Origin: an uncultured Syntrophaceae bacterium
GTDB taxonomy: Bacteria > Desulfobacterota > Syntrophia > Syntrophales > UBA2192
Assembly: GCA_964585095.1 (NCBI GenBank)
Contig: CAZPCN010000011.1
Span: forward strand, 9,367-73,366
Direction: 5' to 3'
Length of the DNA stretch: 64,000 nucleotides
The notes under the pieces were generated by a model. That model was not told the DNA's origin, did not search any database, and was given only the letters and a program-made list of their open reading frames with translations. Shown piece after piece: positions 26,398-35,881 of the stretch. How positions within the stretch are numbered: the first letter of the stretch is position 1; each line of letters opens with the position of its first letter. A program made the translations under genes and the position numbers.

Positions 26398-26495
26398 GGA
26401 GACGGGAAGCTGAGAAGTTGTGAAGCTTGGAGAGGCCGAAAGCCAATCGCACAATATCCTCTTCTCCGAGCTTCATAACTTCCTAACTTCCATCC
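26398..26495. repeat. GAAGYT octamer-array hairpin element (copy 1)
   Basis: The left arm is ggagacgggaagctgagaagttgtgaagcttggagagg. The right arm is cctcttctccgagcttcataacttcctaacttccatcc. The arms are imperfectly complementary, with a 22-nt loop. The right arm contains the 21-mer CTTCATAACTTCCTAACTTCC (26471-26491), which is identical to 51104-51124. Confidence 0.8.
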
Positions 26496-26566
26496 TTTCA
26501 GGGCGCCTTGCATCTGTGCATCTTTGAACTGCCTGAGGATATGAGCTGGAGCCTGTGAGTCTATTG

Positions 26567-27664
26567 ATGAAATCCTCATCGTGCATTCTGCGAATCATCC
26601 TTCTGGCTCTTTCGGGGATCCTTCTTCTTTCCTGTTCCATCCAGGTCGTCGACCGAAGCAGCCTCAAATCCTCCGAGCGCATGCGGGGCGTCTACCACCG
26701 GGTCAAGCCGGGCGAGACGCTGTGGCGGATCTCCAGGGCCTACAACGTCGACCTCCAGGAACTGGCCGAGATCAACAACATCACCGATGCCTCCCGCATC
26801 GGTGCGGACAGCGTCGTCTTCGTCCCCGACGCCCACGAGGTCATCGACATCCCTCCCGCCAGGCCGCCGGCCGAGACAAAACCGCCCGCACCCAGGACGG
26901 CCGAAAAGCCGGCACTCGCCGCATCGCAACCGGAAACCGCAAGCCCCGCGGCCGCGGCGACCGGTGCCGCCGCCATCGGCGGGCCCAGCAGGGTGAAGGA
27001 GGAGAGCATCACCGACCGCGCCCCGGCGTACAGGCCGGAGCGAGGAGCGGCCGCCAGGCCGCCCACACCCGTCCCCACGGAGAAGGCGGTGCCCAAGCCG
27101 TTGGAGAAACCCGATACATCGGCTACCTCGGCTGCAAAAACCCAGGCGGCCGCAAGACCGCCTGCCCCGGTGCCCCCGGTAAGGACCCCCGACACGGCGC
27201 TCAAGGACAGGGCCGCGGTGCCACCGCCGCCGAAGAAGCCCGAACCGACCGTACGGGCCGATGAGCCGCAGGGGCAGATCCGGGTGGAGAAGGGACGGTT
27301 CCTCTGGCCCGCGAAAGGGCCCGTGATCACCCGGTTCGGGATCCAGCCCAGCGGGATGAAGTACAACGGGATCAAGATCGCCGCGAAAGAGAACACGCCG
27401 GTCCAGGCGGCTGCAGCCGGTACGGTCATCTATGCGTCATACGTCAAGGGCTACGGGGAAACGGTGATCGTCAAGCACGACGAGAACTACACGACGGTCT
27501 ATGCCTACCTGAAGAACACGGTGGCGAAACGGGACGAAAAAATCCGGAAGGGCGAGAGGATCGCCTCCGTAGGCCCGTCCCAGGAGCAGGGCGGGGAGCC
27601 GTACCTGTACTTCGAGATCCGGGAGAAAAACAAGGCGCGAAACCCCATGTTCTTCCTGCCGTGA
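26567..27664 (+). CDS. nlpD: LysM-domain M23 peptidase lipoprotein (NlpD-like)
   Basis: The ATG at 26567 gives MKSSSCILRIILLALSGILLLSCS (lipobox). It has a LysM domain (YHRVKPGETLWRISRAYNVDLQELAEIN), a Pro/Ala-rich linker and an M23 C-terminus. The alternative start is the GTG at 26555. Confidence 0.85.
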   Translation: MKSSSCILRIILLALSGILLLSCSIQVVDRSSLKSSERMRGVYHRVKPGETLWRISRAYNVDLQELAEINNITDASRIGADSVVFVPDAHEVIDIPPARPPAETKPPAPRTAEKPALAASQPETASPAAAATGAAAIGGPSRVKEESITDRAPAYRPERGAAARPPTPVPTEKAVPKPLEKPDTSATSAAKTQAAARPPAPVPPVRTPDTALKDRAAVPPPPKKPEPTVRADEPQGQIRVEKGRFLWPAKGPVITRFGIQPSGMKYNGIKIAAKENTPVQAAAAGTVIYASYVKGYGETVIVKHDENYTTVYAYLKNTVAKRDEKIRKGERIASVGPSQEQGGEPYLYFEIREKNKARNPMFFLP

Positions 27665-27669
27665 AAAAC

Positions 27670-27697
27670 GGGTATCGGGTATAGGGTCTCGGGTATC
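27670..27697 (+). repeat. GGGTNNN heptad array, 4 units (gggtatc gggtata gggtctc gggtatc)
   Basis: Read directly. It starts 5 nt after the nlpD stop (27662-27664). Confidence 0.9.
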
Positions 27698-27721
27698 GAA
27701 AATGCAAACCGGCGCATTGCA

Positions 27722-27750
27722 TTGACGGATGAGAGTGTGATGCCTATACT
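27722..27750 (+). promoter_or_regulatory. candidate sigma70 promoter of the radical SAM gene
   Basis: TTGACG (27722-27727), 17 nt spacer, TATACT (27745-27750). Confidence 0.5.
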
Positions 27751-27802
27751 ACACACGTGAATATCGTCTGTCTGAAAAACCCGAAAGAGGAAAACTGAAC
27801 GC

Positions 27803-28957
27803 ATGACCGTGAGCGCCTGCTTCGAGCAGGGTCCCATACGACCGCCCAGCGAGGCCCGAAGCCTCCTCATCCGGCCGACGCGGAACTGTCCCTGGAACAA
27901 GTGCGCCTTTTGCCACACCTACAAGGGCACGCGATTCGAGCTGCGCCCCGTCGAGGAGATCAAGCGGGACATCGACGCCGTCCGCGCCCTGGCCGATGAG
28001 GTCGGGGAGCTGTCGTGGAAACTGGGACAGGGGGGCAAGGTCAACGATGCCGTCGTCTCCTACGTGTTCGGCAACGAGGGTTTCTTCAGCGACACGTTCC
28101 GGCACGTGGCGGCCTGGCTCTACTTCGGGGGCAAGACGGCCTTTCTCCAGGACGCCGACACGCTCATCATGAAGGCCGACGACCTGGTCGGCATTCTCCG
28201 GTACCTGCGCGAGAAATTCCCCGCAATCGAGCGCGTCACCTCCTATTGCCGCTCGCGGACGGCGGGGCACAAATCGGTGGAGGATCTCCGGCGCATCCGG
28301 GAGGCCGGGCTTGTGAGGATTCACGTCGGGCTCGAATCGGGCTGCGACGAGGTGCTCCGGTTCATCCGGAAGGGGGCGACGGCGGCGGACCACGTCAAGG
28401 GGGGAAAGCGGATCGTCGAGGCCGGCATCTCGCTGTGCGAGTACGTCATGCCCGGGCTCGGCGGCAGGCAGTGGTCACGCGAGCACGCGGTCGAGACGGC
28501 CCGCGTCCTCAACGAGATCAACCCGGACCACATCCGGCTTCGCACCCTGTCGGTCAGACGGGGAACCGCGCTGCACGAGACGATGACCGAGGGAGGGTTC
28601 GAGCCCCTCGGGGACGAAGAGATCCTGCATGAAATCAGGCTCCTCATCGAGACCCTCGACGGGATTCGGAGCCGCATCGTCAGCGATCACGTCCTGAACC
28701 TCCTGGAAGAGCTGGAGGGCAACCTGCCGGAAGAGAAGGAAAGGCTCCTGGGGGTTATCGATCGCTACTTCGCGCTCCCCGAGACGGACCGGCTGATCTT
28801 CCGACTCGGGCGAAGAAGGGGGGTCTACCGCGCCCTGGACGACCTGTCCGAGCAGGGAACGTACCGCCAGCTCGAGCAGACGGTCGAACGCTATCAGCGC
28901 GAGGAGCCGGGAAAGCTGGACCGCGACCTGGACCGGGTGCGCCAGAGCTTCATCTGA
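27803..28957 (+). CDS. radical SAM protein with non-canonical CX4CX2C motif
   Basis: The 384-aa product has GPIRPPSEARSLLIRPTRNCPWNKCAFCHTYKG (Cys codons at 27887-27913) and a TIM-barrel-like core (RIHVGLESGCDEVL). Confidence 0.75.
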   Translation: MTVSACFEQGPIRPPSEARSLLIRPTRNCPWNKCAFCHTYKGTRFELRPVEEIKRDIDAVRALADEVGELSWKLGQGGKVNDAVVSYVFGNEGFFSDTFRHVAAWLYFGGKTAFLQDADTLIMKADDLVGILRYLREKFPAIERVTSYCRSRTAGHKSVEDLRRIREAGLVRIHVGLESGCDEVLRFIRKGATAADHVKGGKRIVEAGISLCEYVMPGLGGRQWSREHAVETARVLNEINPDHIRLRTLSVRRGTALHETMTEGGFEPLGDEEILHEIRLLIETLDGIRSRIVSDHVLNLLEELEGNLPEEKERLLGVIDRYFALPETDRLIFRLGRRRGVYRALDDLSEQGTYRQLEQTVERYQREEPGKLDRDLDRVRQSFI

Positions 28958-29099
28958 GAGGTCCCCCCGCGCGCCTCTCGCGGTGTCCCCGGCCGGTCAG
29001 CCGGGATGCCGAATTCCTTAACCCGTTGAAATCACGCCGATAAGCCGTCAGCGGCACCATCCGCCCGTCTGCGCGACACGCTCTCCCAAGCAATTTGCA

Positions 29100-29128
29100 T
29101 TGACTTTTCAAGCGGATTCATTTATGAT
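29100..29128 (+). promoter_or_regulatory. candidate sigma70 promoter of carD
   Basis: TTGACT (29100-29105), 17 nt spacer, TATGAT (29123-29128). Confidence 0.5.
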
Positions 29129-29183
29129 TCACAGGCTCGTGGAGTATCATAGAGGGGAATCTGTGAGAGGTGGTAATGGGGAG

Positions 29184-29669
29184 ATGTTCAAGATAGGAGA
29201 ATTGGCCGTTTATCCAGCACAGGGAGTCGGGCTTATCGAGGCAATTGAAGACCGAGAGATCATGGGAACCTGGCAGAAGTTCTACGTGATGAAGATCCTT
29301 GGCAACGGGATGAAGATCATGATTCCCACCGACACGGCCCAGACCATCGGGCTGCGTCAGCTGATCACATCCAAGGAGATTCCGAAGATTTACGAAATCC
29401 TGCGCGCCCGTGACGTCACGATCGACAAACAGGCCTGGAACAAGCGTTACCGCGAATACCTCGAAAAGATCAAGACGGGCTCCGTCTACGAGATCGCCAA
29501 GGTCCTGAGGGACCTCTTCATCCTCAAGCACGGGAAGGACCTGTCCTTCGGCGAGAGGAAGATGATGGATACGGCGAAGCACCTGCTGATCAAGGAGATC
29601 TCCATTGCAAGCCGCGCGGCCGAGGCGAAGGTCGAAGCCGAGATCAACGCCATGTTCCCGCTTCAGTGA
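29184..29669 (+). CDS. carD: CarD-family (CdnL) RNA polymerase-binding transcription factor
   Basis: The ATG at 29184 has GGGGAG upstream. The N-terminus is MFKIGELAVYPAQGVGLIEAIEDREI, and WNKRYREYLEKIKTGS is present. Confidence 0.85.
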   Translation: MFKIGELAVYPAQGVGLIEAIEDREIMGTWQKFYVMKILGNGMKIMIPTDTAQTIGLRQLITSKEIPKIYEILRARDVTIDKQAWNKRYREYLEKIKTGSVYEIAKVLRDLFILKHGKDLSFGERKMMDTAKHLLIKEISIASRAAEAKVEAEINAMFPLQ

Positions 29670-29901
29670 GGGGCGGCGGCGGGCGGCGTGCTGCGCATAG
29701 AGCTCTGAGAAACCCAAGCGCCAAGATCGGGTTGCCCGCAGGGTGCCTACCTTCGGGTCGAAGGGTCTATTTGCTCGTTCCGTCGTCTCCTTTGCGGATC
29801 GGGGCACGGCGGAGCGTTTTCTCGAGAGCTTTTTTATATGATGCCGTCGGGGTTCTTTGAAATCCAGTCACGCAAATAATTCAGAGAGGGGGGATGTTCG
29901 T

Positions 29902-30927
29902 TTGCTTATCCGTTCACTGCTCATCGGCATTTGCTCGGTCAGCGGATATTTTATTGCCTTGAAGTATTTGGCTTCATATCAATTATCCATTATCGGTCTT
30001 TTACTGGGTTTTATTGCCGCTGTCATCGTCATCCAGATCGAGCAGATCATCCGGCGATTCTCACTGCGCATCATCCTGGGGGGTGTCGTCGGGACCATCA
30101 TCGGGCTCCTGATTGCCATCCTGCTGTCCTACGGCCTTCGGTTCGTCACCGTGTGGGAGCAGCAAGAACTGGCGTTTCTGATCTATGCCCTGATGGCCAG
30201 CATTCTGGGGTATCTGGGTCTCGTCATCGGTTCCAAAAAGAGCGAGGAGATCGCTCTGCCCGCCTTCGGGCCCTTCAAGGGGTTCCGGGGGTCGACGGAC
30301 TACCGCATTCTCGACACGAGCGTCATCATCGACGGCCGGATCGCGGACATCTGCGACACGGGGTTCATGGAAGGGACCCTGATCGTCCCGCGCTTCGTCC
30401 TGGACGAGCTCCAGCACATCGCAGATTCCTCCGATTCCATGAAGCGCTCGAGGGGCAGGCGGGGTCTCGACATCCTCAACCGGGTGCAGAAGAACCAGGG
30501 CATCAACATCGAGATCGTCGATCACGAGTTCCCGAAGATCAAGGGGGTGGACGCGAAGCTCGTCGCCCTCGCGAAGAAGATGAACGGGAAGATCATCACG
30601 AACGACTTCAACCTCAACAAGGTCGCAGAGCTGCAGGGCATCAAGATCCTGAACGTCAACGAGCTGGCCAATGCCCTGAAGCCCGTCGTGCTCCCCGGGG
30701 AGCTCATGGTCGTGAAGGTGATCAAGGAGGGAAAGGAGCCCGGCCAGGGGGTCGCCTACCTCGACGACGGGACGATGGTGATCGTCGATCACGCCAGCCG
30801 CCACCTGGGGGAGACGCTCGAGGTCGCCGTGACCTCCGTCCTGCAGACGACGGCGGGGCGGATGATCTTCACGGATCTCAAGGCCGTCGTGCCCGAAAAG
30901 AAGTACCACAGCATCGATGCGCTGTAA
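29902..30927 (+). CDS. PIN/TRAM-domain membrane-anchored protein (YacL-like)
   Basis: It has N-terminal TM helices, a PIN domain ([17 protein letters not shown]...[15 protein letters not shown]) and a C-terminal TRAM domain. A TTG start at 29902 is favoured because a G-rich SD lies 8 nt upstream. The ORF-track start at 29857 (also TTG) is the alternative. Confidence 0.75.
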   Translation: MLIRSLLIGICSVSGYFIALKYLASYQLSIIGLLLGFIAAVIVIQIEQIIRRFSLRIILGGVVGTIIGLLIAILLSYGLRFVTVWEQQELAFLIYALMASILGYLGLVIGSKKSEEIALPAFGPFKGFRGSTDYRILDTSVIIDGRIADICDTGFMEGTLIVPRFVLDELQHIADSSDSMKRSRGRRGLDILNRVQKNQGINIEIVDHEFPKIKGVDAKLVALAKKMNGKIITNDFNLNKVAELQGIKILNVNELANALKPVVLPGELMVVKVIKEGKEPGQGVAYLDDGTMVIVDHASRHLGETLEVAVTSVLQTTAGRMIFTDLKAVVPEKKYHSIDAL

Positions 30928-30939
30928 TCGGCGGGGAAG

Positions 30940-30978
30940 AAGCCCGGGAGCCCTGAAGGGTCCCGGGCTTTTCTTTAT
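30940..30978 (+). terminator. intrinsic terminator after the PIN/TRAM gene
   Basis: The 10-bp stem aagcccggga/tcccgggctt has an 11-nt loop and is followed by ttctttat. Confidence 0.6.
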
Positions 30979-31020
30979 GGGAGCCGGACCGGCGCGATCC
31001 GGCGCAACGGGGAAAGGCCT

Positions 31021-31722
31021 ATGAAGACGGTCGCGATCGTGCCGGCAGCGGGATCGGGCAGCCGGATGAACCGGGAGGTCTCCAAGCAGTATCTCTCGCT
31101 TGCGGGCAAGCCTGTCCTGGTGCGCACCCTGGAGGCGCTCGAGGCGTGCCCCGGCGTGGAGCGCCTCTACGTTGTGGTCCCTTCGCAGGACGTGGACTCG
31201 GTCCGGGACGGCATCCTCCCTCCCTGGGGGTTGAAAAAGGTGACCGCCGTCGTCCCCGGTGGGATGGAGCGACAGGACTCCGTGCGGGCGGGGATCGAGG
31301 CAATCGATCGCGATGCCGACATCGTCATCGTCCACGACGGCGTGCGGCCCCTGATCACCGCCGAACTGGTCGAGCGGTGCATCCGGGCCGCCGCGGAGGG
31401 CGGGGCCGCAACGGTCGGGGTGCCGGTGAAGGAAACGGTCAAGGAGGTGACACCCGGCGGGCAGGTCCTGCGGACCTGCGACCGCAGCGCTCTGTGGCTG
31501 ACCCAGACGCCGCAGGCCTTTCGCCGGGAAATCCTCGAGCGGGCCCACCGGGAGGCGTTCCGCGACGGCTTCCGGGGGACCGACGACACGTCGCTGGTCG
31601 AGCGCCTGGGGATCCCGGTCCGGATGGTCGCGGGCGACTACGTCAACATCAAGATCACGACGCCCGAAGACCTGGTGATCGCCGAGGCCCTGCTTGTTGC
31701 ACGGCGGAAGGCGGGAGGCTGA
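31021..31722 (+). CDS. ispD: 2-C-methyl-D-erythritol 4-phosphate cytidylyltransferase
   Basis: The N-terminus is MKTVAIVPAAGSGSRM, with VVHDGVRP and TDDTSLVE. It is 233 aa. Confidence 0.9.
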   Translation: MKTVAIVPAAGSGSRMNREVSKQYLSLAGKPVLVRTLEALEACPGVERLYVVVPSQDVDSVRDGILPPWGLKKVTAVVPGGMERQDSVRAGIEAIDRDADIVIVHDGVRPLITAELVERCIRAAAEGGAATVGVPVKETVKEVTPGGQVLRTCDRSALWLTQTPQAFRREILERAHREAFRDGFRGTDDTSLVERLGIPVRMVAGDYVNIKITTPEDLVIAEALLVARRKAGG

Positions 31723-31770
31723 AGGCGGAATGCGTCCGTATGGACTGAACGGTTTCGTGTGGGGGGTGCC

Positions 31771-32262
31771 ATGAGGATCGGGTTCGGCTACGACAGTCAC
31801 CGGTTCGCCGAGGGACGCCGGATGCTCCTCGGCGGCGTGGAATTGACCTACGAAAAGGGCCTCCTGGGGCACTCCGATGCCGACGCCCTGATCCACGCCA
31901 TCGTCGATGCCATCATCGGGGCCCTCGGGGAAGGGGACATCGGCAGGCACTTTCCCGACACGGACCCGCACCTCAAGGGCATTTCCAGCCTCGTCATCCT
32001 CAAGCGGGCCGCCGAACTGGCCGTGCACCGCGGCTATGTCGTCAACAACGTGGATTCCACCGTCATCCTGGAGAAACCCCGGCTGGCCTCGTTCATCGAG
32101 GAGATGCGGCGCAACATCGCCAAGGTGCTGGGGACGGAGGCCTCGCGGGTCAACGTGAAGGCCAAAACGAACGAGAAGATGGGCTTCATCGGACGCGGGG
32201 AAGGCATCGCGGCCTTCGCCGTGGTGACCCTGGCGAGGGCGGGCGCCGACGAAGTTGCCTAG
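31771..32262 (+). CDS. ispF: 2-C-methyl-D-erythritol 2,4-cyclodiphosphate synthase
   Basis: The ATG at 31771 gives MRIGFGYDSHRF, with GHSDADALIHAIVDAIIGA and DIGRHFPDTDP. Confidence 0.9.
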   Translation: MRIGFGYDSHRFAEGRRMLLGGVELTYEKGLLGHSDADALIHAIVDAIIGALGEGDIGRHFPDTDPHLKGISSLVILKRAAELAVHRGYVVNNVDSTVILEKPRLASFIEEMRRNIAKVLGTEASRVNVKAKTNEKMGFIGRGEGIAAFAVVTLARAGADEVA

Positions 32263-32338
32263 AAATTGACTGAGCAAGGGACTGCTGCGGCGCCACGCGC
32301 CGACGCGTTCGATTCAAACCGAATCAGAGGAGGTACGC

Positions 32339-32821
32339 ATGAGAGCCCGAGTGATGATTTCCCTGTTGACCGTCACGATGATCCTGTTGGGCGGTTCCCT
32401 TGCGGCAGCGCAAACCGCTCGGGATACCAAGACCCCCATCGGGACGAGGATGGCGACGCCCCCCGCGAATCCCGCGGACGACCCGAAGGGCCCCGTCGGG
32501 AGCCTGTCGGGCCGCACGTCAGGTGACCTGCTGACGCTCGGTTCGGTCTGGCAGGTGCAGGAATGCTGCGGGTGGAGCGGTACGTGGACGCGGCGTGCCG
32601 GCACGAACACCTTCGACGCCAGGTGGCGACACAGCAACGGCTCCCAGGCGCAGGACGTCATCACCCTGCAGTCCTGGAACAGGACGACCAACGAGGTTGT
32701 CTTGAAGAGGCAGAACCTGAACGGCACCTACAAAGCGACCCTCAACCCGTCGGCCAGGACGCTGACGAACGGCACGGCCTCGTGGTACCCGGTCGGGGAA
32801 AAATGGAGCGCCCGGTACTGA
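32339..32821 (+). CDS. secreted hypothetical protein (160 aa)
   Basis: GAGGAGG SD. It has a signal peptide (MRARVMISLLTVTMILLGGSLAAAQT). The mature part contains VQECCGWSGTWTRR. I recognise no family. Confidence 0.6.
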   Translation: MRARVMISLLTVTMILLGGSLAAAQTARDTKTPIGTRMATPPANPADDPKGPVGSLSGRTSGDLLTLGSVWQVQECCGWSGTWTRRAGTNTFDARWRHSNGSQAQDVITLQSWNRTTNEVVLKRQNLNGTYKATLNPSARTLTNGTASWYPVGEKWSARY

Positions 32822-32849
32822 TCCGTCGGAATGGTCGGGAACGAAAAAA

Positions 32850-32877
32850 ACGGGGGAGCCGGCATCGGCTCCCCCGT
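32850..32877. terminator. bidirectional intrinsic terminator
   Basis: The perfect 12-bp stem acgggggagccg/cggctcccccgt has a GCAT loop. It is flanked by an A7 run (32844-32850) and TTTG, and sits between convergent genes. Confidence 0.75.
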
Positions 32878-32906
32878 TTGTGTCTGCGGGCCTCAGCGGG
32901 TTGCGC

Positions 32907-34460
32907 TTACAGCGGGATGTTGTTGTGCTTCTTTTCGGGCAGGGTCTGCTCCTTGTCCTTGTAGGCCTCGAGCAGGGCCACGATGCGCTTGCGCGTCTCG
33001 CGGGGGGCGATGACTTCCTCGATGATCCCCATCTTCGCGGCGAAGTAGGGGTTGTTGAACTGCTCCTCGTAGGCGGCGATCAACTCGGCCCGCTTGGCCT
33101 CGGGGTCCGGGGCCGTGGTGATCTCGCGGCGGTAGACGATGTTGCAGGCCCCGGCGGCGCCCATGACGGCGATCTCGGCGGAGGGCCAGGCCATCACGTA
33201 GTCGGCGCCCAGCTGCTTGCTGCACATGCCGATGTAGGCTCCGCCGTAGTCTTTGCGGGTCACGACGGTGAACTTGGGCACCGTGGCCTCGGAGTAGGCG
33301 TGCAGGAGCTTCGCGCCGTGGCTGATGATGCCGTTCCACTCCTGGTGCGTGCCGGGCATGTAGCCGGGCACGTCGGCGAAGGTCAGCAGCGGGATGTTGA
33401 AGGCGTCGCAGAAGCGGATGAAGCGCGAAGCCTTGTCGGAGGCGTTCACGTCCAGCACGCCGCCGCCGAACTGCGGGTTGTTGGCGATGACGCCCACCGT
33501 CTGGCCCATGACGCGGATGAAGCAGACGAACATGTTCTTGGCCCAGTTGGCGTGGGGCTCGAAGAAGACGCCGTTGTCCGCCACGGACGCCACGACCTTC
33601 TTCATGTCGTAACCGCGGGTGGCGCGGTCGGGGATGATCTTGTCGAGTTCGGGGCAGTCGCGGTCGGGCGTGTCCGTGGGGGTGACAACCGGGGGCATCT
33701 CGTGGCAGTTGTCGGGCAGGTAGCCCAGCAGGGTCTGGATCTGCGCGATGCAGTCCTCATCGCTTTCGGCGACGAAATGGCAGACGCCGCTCTTGGTTGC
33801 GTGGGCCATGGCGCCGCCCAGGTCGTCGTGCGTCACTTCCTCTCCGATGACCGCCTTGATGACGTCGGGGCCCGTGATGTACATGTAGCTCTTGCCCTTG
33901 ATCATGAAGACCCAGTCCGTCAGGGCGGGCGAGTACACGGCGCCGCCCGCCGTGGGGCCGAGGATGGCCGTGATCTGGGGGATGTAGCCCGAGCAGATCG
34001 TGTTGCGGTAGAAGATCCCGCCGTAGCCTTCGAGGGCGGGCACGCCTTCCTGGATGCGGGCGCCGCCGGAGTCGTTCAGCGCGATGAAGGGCTTCTTGGC
34101 GTCCTTGGCCATGTCCATGACCTTCCAGATCTTCTTCGCGTGCATCTCGCCGAGGCTTCCTCCGGCGCTGGTGAAGTCCTGGGCGGCGGCGAACACCGTG
34201 CGGCCGTTCACGTTGCCGAAGCCGCAGACGACGGCGTCGGCATTGATCTGCTTTTCGCCGAGACCGAACAGCGTGGAGCGTTTCTCGACGAAGAGCTGCA
34301 CTTCCTGGAAGGTCCCCGCGTCGTAGAGCTTCAGGAGCCGCTCGCGGGCCGTCATCTTCCCCGAGTCGTGCTGCTTCTTGATGGCGGCCTCGCCGCCCTG
34401 GGTCATCAGTTTCTCGCGTTTTGCCTCAAATGCCTTGATTCTGTCTTCTGTCAGTCCCAT
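32907..34460 (-). CDS. acyl-CoA carboxyltransferase (propionyl-CoA carboxylase beta / methylmalonyl-CoA decarboxylase alpha family)
   Basis: The 517-aa product has KMTARERLLKLYDAGTF, AQDFTSAGGSLGEMHAKKI, the conserved block PQITAILGPTAGGAVYSPALTD and GAAGACNIVYRRE. Confidence 0.85.
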   Translation of the reverse strand: MGLTEDRIKAFEAKREKLMTQGGEAAIKKQHDSGKMTARERLLKLYDAGTFQEVQLFVEKRSTLFGLGEKQINADAVVCGFGNVNGRTVFAAAQDFTSAGGSLGEMHAKKIWKVMDMAKDAKKPFIALNDSGGARIQEGVPALEGYGGIFYRNTICSGYIPQITAILGPTAGGAVYSPALTDWVFMIKGKSYMYITGPDVIKAVIGEEVTHDDLGGAMAHATKSGVCHFVAESDEDCIAQIQTLLGYLPDNCHEMPPVVTPTDTPDRDCPELDKIIPDRATRGYDMKKVVASVADNGVFFEPHANWAKNMFVCFIRVMGQTVGVIANNPQFGGGVLDVNASDKASRFIRFCDAFNIPLLTFADVPGYMPGTHQEWNGIISHGAKLLHAYSEATVPKFTVVTRKDYGGAYIGMCSKQLGADYVMAWPSAEIAVMGAAGACNIVYRREITTAPDPEAKRAELIAAYEEQFNNPYFAAKMGIIEEVIAPRETRKRIVALLEAYKDKEQTLPEKKHNNIPL

Positions 34461-34580
34461 GTCTCCGTATCTCCCTGTCTCTGTAGTGGTCGGAAATCCG
34501 ACGTTTCCATCTCCCTGTAAACCCGCAGCCTGATATCATTTCTGGCCGATTTTTTCAATACAAAAGAGGGCAAATCGCCC

Positions 34581-34609
34581 TTGATTTCAAAAGGCACCTG
34601 GGCTATAAA
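34581..34609 (+). promoter_or_regulatory. candidate sigma70 promoter of pgk
   Basis: TTGATT (34581-34586), 17 nt spacer, TATAAA (34604-34609). Confidence 0.45.
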
Positions 34610-34679
34610 ATACCGGCCCGTCGACCTCGAGAAAAAAGGGGGTGATGATGCCCCCAACGATATCGGTAGAGGTGAAAGC

Positions 34680-35864
34680 ATGAAATATATCGATGAGATG
34701 GATCTGAAGGGGAAACGGGTGCTGTTTCGGTTCGATTTCAACGTCCCCCTCGACGCCAATCAGAACATCACCGACGACACGCGCATCCGGTCCGTCCTGC
34801 CCACCATCAATTACGCCCTCGACGAAAACGCCAAGGTAATCATCGCTTCACACCTCGGCAGGCCGAAGGGCAAGGTCATCGACAAGATGAGCCTGGCCCC
34901 CGTGGCGAAGCGCCTCTCGCGCCTGCTCGGCAAGAACGTGACCCTGACGAAGGAAGTCGTGGGCCCCGAGGTGAAGAAGGCCGTCGACGCGATGAAGCCC
35001 GGCGACATCGTCATGCTGGAGAACCTCCGGTTCGATCCCCGGGAAGAGAAGAACGACGAGGAGTTCGCGAAGGGACTGGCGGAGCTCACCGACGTCTACA
35101 TCGACGACGCCTTCGGCAATGCCCACCGCAGCCACGCCTCCAACGTGGGGATCACCCGGTTCGTAAAGACCTGCGGGGCAGGCTTTCTGATGAAGAAAGA
35201 GCTGACCTACTTCAACAAGGCCCTTGAGAAGCCCGCGCGTCCCCTGGTCGCCATCGTCGGGGGTTCGAAGGTGTCGGGCAAGCTCGAGGCCCTGGCCAAC
35301 CTGATCAACCGGGTCAACAAGATCGTCATCGGCGGCGGCATGGCCTTCACCTTCCTCAAGGCGCAGGGCGTCGAGGTCGGCAAGTCCATCGTCGAGCCCG
35401 AGCTCGTCGACAAGGCCCGGGAGGTCCTGGAGACGGCGAAGAAGCTGGGCGTGAAGGTCTACCTGCCCGTCGACTGCGTCATCGCCGAGAACCGGGACGC
35501 CGAAGCCGAGACCAAGATCGTCCCCGTGCAGGAGATCAACCCGCAGTGGATGGGGCTCGACATCGGGCCGGCCACGATCACCCTGTTCACGGAGGCCCTG
35601 AGCAACGCGAAGACGATCGTCTGGAACGGGCCCATGGGCGTCTTCGAGATCGACGCCTTCAGCCGGGGCACCTCGGCGCTGGCCCACAGCGTGGCGAACT
35701 CCTACGCGCTCTCCATCGTGGGGGGCGGGGACACGGACGTGGCCATCGACAAGGCGGGCGAGCGGGATAACATGTCCTACATCTCCACGGGCGGCGGCGC
35801 TTTCCTGGAGCTGCTCGAGGGCAAGGAGCTGCCCGCCGTGAAGGCCCTCAAGACCTGCAAGTGA
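34680..35864 (+). CDS. pgk: phosphoglycerate kinase
   Basis: The ATG at 34680 gives [25 protein letters not shown], with ASHLGRPKG and GGGDT. It is 394 aa. Confidence 0.9.
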   Translation: MKYIDEMDLKGKRVLFRFDFNVPLDANQNITDDTRIRSVLPTINYALDENAKVIIASHLGRPKGKVIDKMSLAPVAKRLSRLLGKNVTLTKEVVGPEVKKAVDAMKPGDIVMLENLRFDPREEKNDEEFAKGLAELTDVYIDDAFGNAHRSHASNVGITRFVKTCGAGFLMKKELTYFNKALEKPARPLVAIVGGSKVSGKLEALANLINRVNKIVIGGGMAFTFLKAQGVEVGKSIVEPELVDKAREVLETAKKLGVKVYLPVDCVIAENRDAEAETKIVPVQEINPQWMGLDIGPATITLFTEALSNAKTIVWNGPMGVFEIDAFSRGTSALAHSVANSYALSIVGGGDTDVAIDKAGERDNMSYISTGGGAFLELLEGKELPAVKALKTCK

Positions 35865-35881
35865 TTCCGTGAACGATCGAA

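Noticed and set aside
29666-29860. A 64-aa ORF in the carD-PIN/TRAM spacer.
   Set aside because: The translation is Arg/Gly-rich and junk-like, and no SD is present. The ORF overlaps the region better explained as structured RNA, a terminator and a promoter.
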